DNA of 49,617 nucleotides from Macrostomum lignano (Eukaryota): NCBI GenBank assembly GCA_002269645.1, contig NIVC01002885.1, positions 1 to 49,617 of the forward strand, read 5' to 3'. Shown piece by piece: positions 22,320 to 49,617 of this stretch (position 1 is its first letter; each line of letters starts with the position of its first letter). The notes under the pieces were generated by a model. It saw only the letters and a program-made list of their open reading frames with translations, ran no database searches and was not told where the DNA came from. The position numbers and the translations under genes were made by a program.

Positions 22320-22835
22320 CCTCCCACACCATCCCGAATGTCCTCACACCATCCCGAGTGTCCCCACACCATCCCGAGTGTCCCCACACCATCCCGAGTG
22401 TCCCCACACCATCCCGAGTGTCCCCACACCATCCCGAGTGTCCCCACACCATCCCGAGTGTCCCCACACCATCCCGAGTGTCCCCACACCATCCCGAGTG
22501 TCCCCACACCATCCAGAGTGTCCTCACACCATCCAGAGTGTCCCCACACCACCCAGAGTGTCCTCACACCACCCAGAGTGTCCTCACACCACCCAGAGTG
22601 TCCTCACACCACCCAGAGTGTCCTCACACCACCCAGAGTGTCCTCACACCACCCAGTGTCCTCACACCACCCAGAGTGTCCCCACAGCACACCGAATGTA
22701 CCCACATCATCCCCAGTGTCCTCACACCACCCAGAGTGTCCCCACAGCATACCGAATGTACCCACATCATCCCGAGTGTCCCCAAACTATTTTGATGTTC
22801 CCACACCATCCTGAGTGTCCCCACACCATCCCAAA
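22320..22835. repeat. 20-bp minisatellite (CCCACACCATCCCGAGTGTC) with drifting variants, ~25 copies
   Basis: Direct reading. Confidence 0.93.
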
Positions 22836-23404
22836 TGGTGGTGTCTAAAGTTGAAGTAAAATTTCTCGCACCTGTTGCCCTCCATTCGAACGCAGCAAAG
22901 TGTCTGCGGCTTCATCATCAATACGGTCAAAAAAGTTCGTCACCCCTATTGCAACTACAAGCTGCACTAGTTGCATATATGGAATATTTAAATATGAATT
23001 CATACTGTCAATAATAGTTGTAAATGAATTTTCATAGCTGTCACGATTAAAAATACACAGCAAAATTGTATTGAATAAAAAGTATATGCATATGCAATCG
23101 TTTGTATTAAAAACAGTTTTACTGGAATAGACGCACACACGGCATTATGATTGATAGGTTACCTTCACGGGTATTAACTAATTAACTGATCAATTCGCCG
23201 ATATGTAGCGTAGGAAACTATCGGGCAATCCATTTTTGTTGCTACCCAAATGCTTTTTTATAGCTGAAGAAAAACAATAAAAAGCTTCAATTTTAGATCG
23301 CCTCGTTCAATATATGAGTTGTCGGGGTGATGGGATTCCCTATGTGTCCACCGATATGTAGCGTAGAAAACTTTATCAGGCAATATCGAAAAAACGTTAC
23401 AATC

Positions 23405-23469
23405 GTATCTATGGCAACCGATTTGTTGCTATGCAAATAGCTATGGACAAAAAATGTTGCCATGCGGAT
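23405..23469. promoter_or_regulatory. Cluster of RFX X-box-like motifs (GTATCTATGGCAAC, GTTGCTATGCAAAT, GTTGCCATGCGGAT)
   Basis: The first site fits the X-box consensus GTHNYYATRRNAAC; the other two are partial; target gene unknown. Confidence 0.3.
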
Positions 23470-23499
23470 GTAGCTTAAGAGAACGGGTGCACATCCGGT

Positions 23500-24502
23500 T
23501 CACTTAAACAGCTCCCGCTTAGCCCGGAAGTTCTCCTGCCGGATCCGGTCTTCTTCCTCCTTCTTCTGACGCTGGCGCTGCTCCTCGCGCAGCTCGGCCT
23601 CGTACTGGCCGCCAGCCGCGTGGATGCCGATCTTGGCCTCGAAGAAGTCCTTGGCGCCGCGCACGCCGACTTCGTCGACGCTGACAGCCTCCACGCCGAC
23701 GTATTCGGCGTACCAGGCCAGCAGGTTCTTGTGCGAGTCCAGCTGCCCGGCAGCGGCCCGCCTGAACATGCTGAGGAAGCCGCGAAAGTCCAGCCGGTTC
23801 GAGCCGGCCGGGGGAGCCTCGAAGTCGCGCATCAGCGCCTTCAGGCCCAGATAGGTCTGCGGCGCGCCCAGCCGCTCCATCATGCGGGTCAGGTCCTCGC
23901 GGCCAAGGTAACCGTCTCTGTCGGGAGGGGTTGGCGCCGCAAGCTGATTGCCTGCCGTCTCATTCTATCTGTTCTACTTCTCAATCTACCTGCTCTACTT
24001 CTCAATCTACATTTTCTACTTTTTAATCTACCTGTTCTACTTCTTAATCTACATGCTCTACTTCTCAATCTACCTGTTCTACCTCTCAATCTACCTGTTC
24101 TACTTCTCAATCTACCTGTTCTACTTCTCAATCTACCTGCTCTACTTCTTAATCTACCTGCTCTACTTCTTAATCTACCTGCTCTACTTCTTAATCTACC
24201 TACTTCCTAGTCTAGCTGCTCTACTTCTCAATGTACCTGTTCTACCTCTCACTCAACCTGTTCTACTTCTCATTCTACCCCTTAATCTACCTGATCTACC
24301 TTTCACTCTACCTATCTTCTCAACTAATCTATCTACTCTACCTACTCTTACAGTAGCGACCCCGCATCAATTCAACTTCTTGTCATTCACCCCCTCACCT
24401 GTCGCCATCGAACTCGTCGAAGGCCTCCTTCAATTTGACCACACCTTTGCGGCCAAACTCGGGGAACTCGGCGTAGGCGTTGAACTTCTTTGAGACGGGC
24501 AT
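23500..24502 (-). CDS. EFHD2: EF-hand domain-containing protein D / swiprosin-1 homologue, join(complement 24502..24399, 23917..23500), at least 173 aa; frame stays open upstream to ~24750 without an ATG
   Basis: FNAYAEFPEF...FDGDRDGYL...MMERLGAPQTYLGLK...F.R.AAAG.L...V.VDEVGVRGAKDFFEAK...E.R.EQ coiled coil matches swiprosin motifs. Donor GACAG|GTGAGG (24399) and acceptor GACAG|A (23917) are both phase 2. EFHD1 vs EFHD2 orthology cannot be resolved here. Confidence 0.9.
23960..24350. repeat. Intronic 21-bp minisatellite (CTACTTCTCAATCTACCTGTT)
   Basis: Fills the EFHD intron 23918-24398 and decays toward 24350. Confidence 0.9.
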
Positions 24503-24756
24503 TCGCTTCCAAGTGACCTCGCCATTGGGCCCGACGGACTCGATGTCGCAGCCGGCGGGCAGAGCCGCAGGCGTCGAGCTTGAGCTTCGCCTACTAGACG
24601 AGCCAGACGATGTCAATTCAGCTGGTCGCGCCTCCTGCTGCTGCTGTTGCTGAGCCTCCAGCAGCTCAGTCGGCGACCGCGGTTCCGGAGAATGGGCCAG
24701 CTTGGCTACCGCGGCCTGGAACAGCGGGGCTGCTGCGGGTGAGCAAACTCTACACA

Positions 24757-25272
24757 GTCTTCTGCTTTGAGTCTTCTACTTCTCAGTCTTCTGTTTAGGG
24801 TCTTCTACTTCTCAGTGTCTTCTGCTTTGAGTCTTCTACTTCTCAGTCTTCTGCTTTGGGTCTTCTACTTCTCAGTGTCTTCTGCTTTGAGTCTTCTACT
24901 TCTCAGTCTTCTGTTTAGGGTCTTCTACTACTCAGTGTCTTCTGCTTTGAGTCTTCTACTTCTCAGTCTTCTGCTTTGGGTCTTCTACTTCTCAGTGTCT
25001 TCTGCTTTGAGTCTTCTACTTCTCAGTCTTCTGTTTAGGGTCTTCTACTTCTAAGAGTCTTCTGTTTTGTGTCTTTTTTCCACTGCTAAGAGTCTTCTGC
25101 TTTGGGTCTTCTGTCCACTGCTAAGAGTCTTCTGCTTTGGGTCTTCTGTCCACTGCTAAGAGTCTTCTGCTTTGGGTCTTCTGTCCACTGCTAAGAGTCT
25201 TCTGCTTTGGGTCTTCTGTCCACTGCTAAGAGTCTTCTGCTTTGGGTCTTCTACTTCTCAGAGTCTTCTGCT
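24757..25272. repeat. GTCTTCT-based minisatellite (29+31 bp, 60-bp higher-order unit, then 35-bp units), probably in the first EFHD intron
   Basis: Direct reading; lies between a minus-strand donor at 25358 and the EFHD coding exon. Confidence 0.88.
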
Positions 25273-25358
25273 TTAAGCCTTCTACTCGCGGTAATCCAGA
25301 AATGATCTACAGTCACCCTAGTCCCTCTACCTAAAATCCCCAAAAAAACAAACTTACG

Positions 25359-25531
25359 TTAAACGACAACGAAAGAAAACTCAAGAACAAGGAAGCTTAA
25401 TTAGCTTGCGGATGGCTTAGGGGCTCCTATGCAAAACGCACACAATAACAGGAGCAGATTATTTATAGACGCACACACTCGCTCCGAGAGACACTGCATC
25501 CAAGCTACGCAGAGCAAGTTCCTATTTATAT
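25359..25531 (-). promoter_or_regulatory. Putative EFHD promoter and non-coding first exon: TATATAAATA (25531-25522), donor AAC|GTAAGT at 25359/25358
   Basis: Perfect donor consensus and TATA box on the minus strand upstream of the EFHD ORF; a second TATAAATA at ~25467. Confidence 0.45.
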
Positions 25532-26179
25532 ACTTCTGGCTGTGTACAACTAACTAAACTGCCCGTGGGCAGGGTGTGTGTGGGTGAGATACTGAGGAAG
25601 GAAGGCTTAGCCGAAGTTCTGAACACACAGGGCGCCCCCACTAACTTCTAGACCGTATAAACCCTCACAACCATATCAACGTGTTTATAGATATAGGCAT
25701 AGCCGCACATAGCACGTCGGCTATTAAACCAATAACCAAAAGATTTAGCAAAACCGGAAACGGCAAGATTAATTATGAACCATAACTGGCCAGCTCGCAT
25801 GACAGAAAGTTAATTTCTAATGTATTATCAATTGTTAAAATCTGTTCACACACGTGAACAGGCCGGAACACACTGGCAAAAGCAAATTCAACAGTAAACA
25901 GTAAAGAAATAAACTTCACCTACAATAAGGCTATAGCGAAACTGTTTCTAAGATAGATTTATAACACAAATGATCAAGCAAAAATTTAATTCAATTTCAC
26001 ATCGATCGATCTCGCACACGTTTTTAACTCCTCTATGAAGTTTTTAACGGATCGATAACAGGATATTGTATTTACATTTTAATTCTGACATTTACTCGAT
26101 AAAAGCAGCAACTGAAACCATCGAGTTCTATGTGAAAATATTCTTTGCCAGTGAAAGATCGGGAATCCAACTGTGATGT

Positions 26180-26790
26180 CTGGGAGATCTGGAAGTGACA
26201 TTTGTGGGATTTGGGAAGTGAGATTCGTGGAATCTGGAAATGAGATTCGTGGAATCTGGAAATGAGATTCGTGGAATCTGGAAATGAGATTTGTGGAATC
26301 TGGAAATGAGATTTGTGGGATCTGGAAATGAGATTTGTGGGATCTGGGAAGTGAGATTTCTGGGATTTGGGAAGTGAGATTTCTGGAATTTGGGAAGTGA
26401 GATTTGTGGGATCTGGGAAGTGAGATCTGGGAAATCTGGGAAGTCAGATTTGGGAAATCTGGGAAGTCAGATTTGTGGGATCTGGGAAGTGAGATTTGTG
26501 GGATCTGGGAATGAGATTTGTGGGATCTGGGAAGTGAGATTTGTGGGATCTGGGAAGTGAGATTTGTAGGATCTGGAAATGAGATTTGTGGGATCTGGGA
26601 AGTGAGATTTGTGGGATCTAGAAATGAGATTTGTGGGATCTGGGAAGTGAGATTTGTGGGATCTGGAAGTTAGTTTAGGAGATCTGGAAAGTGATATTTG
26701 GGGGATCTGGAAGAGAGATTTGGGAGATCTGGGAAGTGAGATTTGTGGGATCTGGAAATGAGATATGCGAGATCGTTGGGGACCTGAGTG
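26180..26790. repeat. 22-23 bp minisatellite (GAGATTTGTGGGATCTGG(G)AAGT), ~27 copies
   Basis: Direct reading. Confidence 0.92.
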
Positions 26791-26866
26791 TGGAATTTGT
26801 GGATCTAGATTGAATGGGGATGCAGAAGTACCTCGCCTAGAAAGCAGTCAGCGAAGCCTCATCATG

Positions 26867-29800
26867 TCAGGCCGCACTGCTTGACCCCTCGGCAGCGCAG
26901 TGCACAAAGTCGGAGCGCACGCAAATTTTCTCAACGGCCTCCTCAGAGTCGATCTCCTGACAGTCCCTGTCATCGAAGGGCGGCGCTTCAAACCGCCAGC
27001 TGAGCAACAGGTGGCCGCGGGTGCCCGTAGCCAGCAGTAGCAGCGGCTGACGGCGACACGGCGAGGCGTCGAGGCCGTCGTCAAACCAGCTTGGCGCGGC
27101 CCAGGGCGCCGGCAGGGGCACGCAGAGCGGCTCCAGCAGCACCATCTGGAGCAGGCTGGACAGCCCGATGACTGACAGCGGCCTGCGCCAGCCGGGCCTG
27201 TGCAGGGCGAGGCCCAGTCCCACCGAGGCGGAGATGCCCAAAATGGCGAAGAATTTGGCTCCGTAGCCGCACAGCAGGATGTCCTGGGAGATGGGGAGTT
27301 CGAGTTTACTTTGCGCTTGAATCACAATTACAATATTTTGGTGACTGTCTAAAATGTGATACTTGCCTGTCACACTTGTGACCTTCAATTAATAATGTGA
27401 CCCTGCAATGTGACAGTCAAAAAAATAGTCACTCGTGTGACCGTAAAAGAAAAAGTCACTGATGTGACCGTCAATGTGACCCAAAAGGCGAAAAGACCCT
27501 CATTTTGACCCTTGTTTTGTTTTGATTTAGATTTTAGAAAAACATAAACATCCAAAATAAAAAATTCCCCACTGATTATTAGATAGACACTTCCCTATCG
27601 ATTCCAGGAATGGACAATTCCCTATCGATTCCAGGAATGGACAATTCCCTATCGATTCCAGGAATGGACAATTCCCTATCGATTCCAGGAATGGACGATT
27701 CCCTATCGATTCCAGGAATGGAAAATTCCCTATCGACTCCAGGAATGGACAATTCCCTATCGATTCCAGGAATGGAAAATTCCCTATCGATTCCAGGAAT
27801 GGACAATTCCCTATCGATTCCAGGAATGGACAATTCCCTATCGATTCCAGGAATGGACAATTCCCTATCGATTCCAGGAATGGACAATTCCCTATCGATT
27901 CCAGGAATGGAAAATTCCCCTATCGATTCCAGGAATGGACAATTCCCTATCGATTCCAGGAATGGACAATTCCCTATCGATTCCAGGAATGAAAAAATTC
28001 CCTATCGACTCCAGGAATGGACAATTCCCTATCGATTCCAGGAATGGACAATTCCCTATCGATTCCAGGAATGGACAATTCCCTTTCGATTTTAGGAACC
28101 GCAGACAGCCAGGGGGAGCCAGGATAATCAATGTCAGCGGCGGTAACCTACCTCAGACTGGAAGGTCCTCTCGTATTCGAAGGACTCCTCCATCACCAGC
28201 TTGCCGGCCTGGTGGTCACCGCCGTCGAGCACGCGGTGCCGGACAACTAGAAGAGACGAGCGGCGCTCTGACAAGCCAACGTGCGCCTTAATCGCCATGG
28301 TAACCAGCTGGCGGCACTCGGTGGCGGCAGCGACGGCCGGCCGGCTCCACCGCAGGAATCCCTTCAAAGGCCGCTGCCAAGTCAACCGATCGGTTAGTCG
28401 GATACTGCGACACCCGACTTCAACGACAGTCACCAGGGATTCACGACGAGTCAGTGCAGCGTAGTAAAACTGACGCTGATTGGCCAGCCGTGTCGGGCCG
28501 ACGGAAATCAGGCGATTGCGGCGGAACAGATCGCCGGCGTCGCTGTGCAGAGTAGCGGCAGCGTCGGGCACTTGAAGCACCGGCGGCTGAGGCTGCGATT
28601 GGCACCATTGAGTTGAGGCGTTTGGCGATGGACGAGGCTGCGGCGGCAGCGACCAGAGCAGCAGACGGTTGAGGCTTGTGAGAAGCAGCACCTGGGGAAT
28701 TGTCAGTGAGCAGAACTACAGAACTAGGCTCAGCTTCTCCTGACATGGCTCAGCTACTCCTGACATGGCTCAGCTTCTCCTGACATGGCTCAGCTTCTCC
28801 TGACATGGCTCAGCTACTCGACATGGCTCAGCTTCTCCTGACATGGCTCAGCTACTCCTGACATGGCTCAGCTACTCCTGACATGGCTCAGCTACTCGAC
28901 ATGGCTCAGCTTCTCCTGACATGGCTCAGCTACTCCTGACATAGCTCAGCTACTCGACATGGCTCAGCTTCTCCTGACATGGCTCAGCTACTCCTGACAG
29001 CTCAGCTACTTATGACGGCTCAGCTACTCCTGAGAGCTCAGCTACTCCTGACGGCTCAGCTACTCCTGACGGCTCAGCTACTCCTGACGGCTCAGCTACT
29101 CCTGACCTACCTTAGACACTCCTGACCTACCTAAGACACTCCTGACCTACCTTAGACACTCCTGACCTACCTTAGATACTCCTGACCTACCTTAGGCACT
29201 CCTGACCTACCTAAGACACTAATGACCAACCTTACACACTTCTGACCTACCTTAGACACTCCTGACCTACCTTAAACACTCTTGGCCTACCTTACACACT
29301 TCTGACCTACCTTAGACACTCCTGACCTATCTAAGACACTAATGACCTACCTACCTAAGACACTCCTGACCTACCTTAAACACTCCTGACCTACCTTAAA
29401 CACTCTTGACCTACCTTACACACTTCTGACCTACCTTAGATACTCCTGACCAATCTAAGACACTCCTGACCTATTATAGACACTCCTGACCTACATTAGA
29501 CGCTCTTGACCTACATTAGACGCTCTTGAGCTACATTAGACACTCCTGACCTATCTAAGACACTCCTGACCTACCTTAGACACTCCTGACCTACATTAGA
29601 CGCTCTTGACCTACATTAGACACTCCTGACCAACCTTACACACTCCTGACCTACCTAAGACACTCCTGACCTACCTTAGGCACTCCTGACCTGCCTAAGA
29701 CACTCCTGACCTACCTTAGGCACTCCTGACCTGCCTAAGACACTCCTGACCTACCTTAGGCACTCCTGACCTGCCTAAGACATATGACACACGATAAAGT

Positions 29801-30183
29801 TAATTCAAGCCAGCGCAAGTCCTCGTATTTCCTACCTGAACGCGACCGCATTCGCCGCACACGTGGGCGGCCGTAGCTGATACCCTCTCGCCGTCAGTTA
29901 GCCGAATAAACGCCAACGGCGTTGCATCAACCGACGCCAGAGTGGTGCCGGCGTCGGCCAGAGACACTACAGCGTGCAGTCCGCCGCCAGCTGGCCCGGC
30001 AACCAGCACGGCCAGCTGGGAGTCTCGACAGTAGCCGTTCGCCCTGGCGTTGGCGTTGGCCCGGCCGGCCGGGGAGAAGCCGCTCACGTGAAGCCGTCGA
30101 AATCGAACCCGCTGAGTCGATGGTTCGAAATAGTCGAGTAGCAGCTCAGCGTCGGAACTGCTGAATGGGTTCGAGTGCACCGT
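26867..30183 (-). CDS. Uncharacterised protein, join(complement 30183..29836, 28691..28152, 27283..26867), 434 aa without a start codon; beta-strand-rich, possibly propeller-like
   Basis: Three GC-rich open exons with all-phase-0 canonical junctions: CGCCAG|ACG, CAG|GTAGGA, CCCCAG|GTG, GAG|GTAGGT, CTCCCAG|GAC; stop TGA 26869-26867. No family recognised. Confidence 0.8.
27590..28095. repeat. Intronic 27-bp minisatellite (TTCCCTATCGATTCCAGGAATGGACAA) x ~18
   Basis: Direct reading. Confidence 0.95.
28728..29782. repeat. Intronic composite 20-bp minisatellite: TGGCTCAGCT(T/A)CTCCTGACA switching to CTCCTGACCTACCTTAGACA
   Basis: Two related arrays sharing CTCCTGAC; switch at ~29100. Confidence 0.92.
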
Positions 30184-30374
30184 CTGGCGGGAGGGAGGGG
30201 AGACAATGGCATTTGTAATGATGGCGGATTAAAACATATCCAATAAAGTCCTTTCTGATTAACATGAAGCATTTCTTTGAAAACCATAAAACGGAGTACA
30301 GTTTAAACATTGATTCCTTAAAAACTTCAACTTTCCATTTGATTGTAACAATGGAAGGTTTATCAATTTTAGAA

Positions 30375-31320
30375 ATATAAAATTCCCCGCCAGTTCTAGG
30401 AACAGAAAATTACCCGTCAATTCTAAGAATAGAAAATTCCCAGTTGATTCTAGGAATAGAAAATTCCCCGTTGATTCTAAGAATAGAAATTCCCCGTTGA
30501 TTCTAAGAATAGAAAATTCCCCGTTGATTCTAAGAATAGAAAATTCCCCGCTGATTCTAGGAATAGAAAATTCCCCGTTGATTCTAAGAAAAGAATAGAA
30601 AATTCCCAGTTGATTCTAAGAATAGAAAATTCCCCGTTGATTCTAAGAATAGAAAATTACCCGTCAATTCTAAGAATAGAAAATTCCCAGTTGATTCTAG
30701 GAATAGAAAATTCCCCGCTGATTCTAAGAATAGAAATTCCCCGTTGATTCTAAGAAAAGAATAGAAAATTCCCAGTTGATTCTAAGAATAGAAAATTCCC
30801 CGCTGATTCTAGGAATAGAAAATTCCCCGTTGATTTTAAAAAATAGAAAATTCCCAGTTGATTCTAAGAATAGAAAATTCCCAGTTGATTTTAAAAATAA
30901 AAAAATTCCCCGTTGATTCTAGGAATAGAAAATTCCCCGTTGATTCTAAGAATAGAAAATTCCCAGTTGATTCTAAGAATAGAAAATTCCCAGTTGATTC
31001 TAAGAATAGAAAATTCCCAGTTGATTCTAAGAATAGAAAATTCCCAGTTGATTCTAAGAATAGAAAATTCCCAGTTGATTCTAAGAATAGAAAATTCCCA
31101 GTTGATTCTAAGAATAGAAAATTCCCAGTTGATTCTAAGAATAGAAAATTCCCAGTTGATTCTAGGAAAAAATCACCATCAATTCTAGGAATAAAAAATC
31201 CTTATCGATTCTAGAAATAAAAAATCCCCATCGATTATAGGAATAAAAATTCCCGTCTATTCTAGTCATGGAAAATTCCCCATTGATTCTAGGAATATAA
31301 AAGTTCCACTGATTCTAGTA
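30375..31320. repeat. 27-bp minisatellite (AAAATTCCCAGTTGATTCTAAGAATAG) x ~33
   Basis: Direct reading; related to the 27590-28095 unit. Confidence 0.95.
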
Positions 31321-32472
31321 TACAAAAAGCCACAGGTATTTTTGAATATTGAAGACTGATTAAAAAAGGAAAAAAATGAAGTAAATTAGTTCATGCAATT
31401 AACAAAACACAGAAAAATTGAATTTCTAGAAGCATAGCAAAGCTAAGAAAGTTATGAAAATTTGAAACATCTATTAAGCGCAATAGCAAGTGAAATGCAA
31501 TGACAATTATAAAAAAAAACTGCTTTCTCACCAACTAAACCTAACCACAAAATCACGCAAAAAGAGGCTGGCCTGAATGCTGGCCAAGCTAAAATGCCGT
31601 GCTAGTATAGAGATAGATAGATAATGTAGCCAAGCTGGCTTGCATTCCATGTGGCATAACATACACGCGAATATGCTTTCCACGGGAATAATGTGGATAG
31701 ATTTATCTAACATAAAACTCTGATGCAAAATCAACAAATTAGTTTGATAAGCGTGCAGCCCGGAATGCTGGCAAAAAAGGAAATGGTTATTAACTCAAGT
31801 AGGTAGGCACAGAGGTACCAAATATAGATAAAACAGGCAACGATTTCCTACATTTAAAGTTATTTTGATAAGCAGACAGATTGCGTTGCGCGCATCATCT
31901 ACTGCTAGTAGAAATATGAGCATTTTTCTACAAAATATTTCAATTGAAAATTTAAAATACAACTCCCCCCTCAGCCGCTGCTAGTAGGTTGGGTTTGACA
32001 ACTGTGGAAGATGGCAACTCGCAACTCAACCATATAGCAGATTGGTCTAGACCTCAGCTTATTCTCTGTACAGCCTCTGAGTGCGTGTGCTCAGGAGGCA
32101 TCGGTTAGTTAGTCAGTTAGCAATTGTGCATTGATTGGGGCTTTGGGAGCTGCCGCAAACAAAGGCGACTGTTTTGAAGGATGACGCAAGCAGCCTATTG
32201 ACTGATTCAGATACTTCTTTAGTTACAGGCACAGATACTAGAATAACTAGATGGGCCAAATTTACGCGTAAACTACTTTCAGTTCAGTAGTAAGTTAAAC
32301 AAAAGCATTTTAATGCATTTTAAAGGCCAAGGCTCATTCATTGGCTCTTACCCCCAGCTTAAACCCTCCAACTGCGCCTTTCCACACTACCCCCCTCCGC
32401 CCCGCCCCAATTTTATTGCCTTTCTCGGAATCCAGCCTAAATCTGCCATGTACACTTCAGAGGACTGGCTAA

Positions 32473-49617
<17,145 letters not shown>

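Overview
Eukaryotic genomic DNA, not prokaryotic. GC-rich Ala/Gln/Ser-rich exons, GT-AG introns packed with minisatellites and AT-rich intergenic DNA resemble the flatworm Macrostomum (inference). Recognisable genes: NHP2 (2 exons, +) followed 1.5 kb downstream on the same strand by its L7Ae-family paralogue SNU13 (intronless), and an EFHD/swiprosin-1 gene (-) with a degenerate second EF-hand. There is also a single-exon gene for a secreted 8-Cys knottin-like peptide with its own CCAAT/TATA and polyA signals, two uncharacterised spliced genes (442-1852 +; 26867-30183 -) and a weaker poly-Q/poly-P ORF (-). More than 20 micro/minisatellite arrays and a few MITEs are present. The last 17 kb is a head-to-tail array of six ~2.7-3.0 kb non-coding units with Helitron-like termini, each carrying a 1.2-1.5 kb polypurine tract. 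Best leads: the knottin-like peptide, the NHP2-SNU13 pair (possible trans-spliced operon with an altered NHP2 RNA-binding motif), the Helitron-like concatemer, and a gene whose first visible exon has no ATG (possible spliced-leader-supplied AUG).
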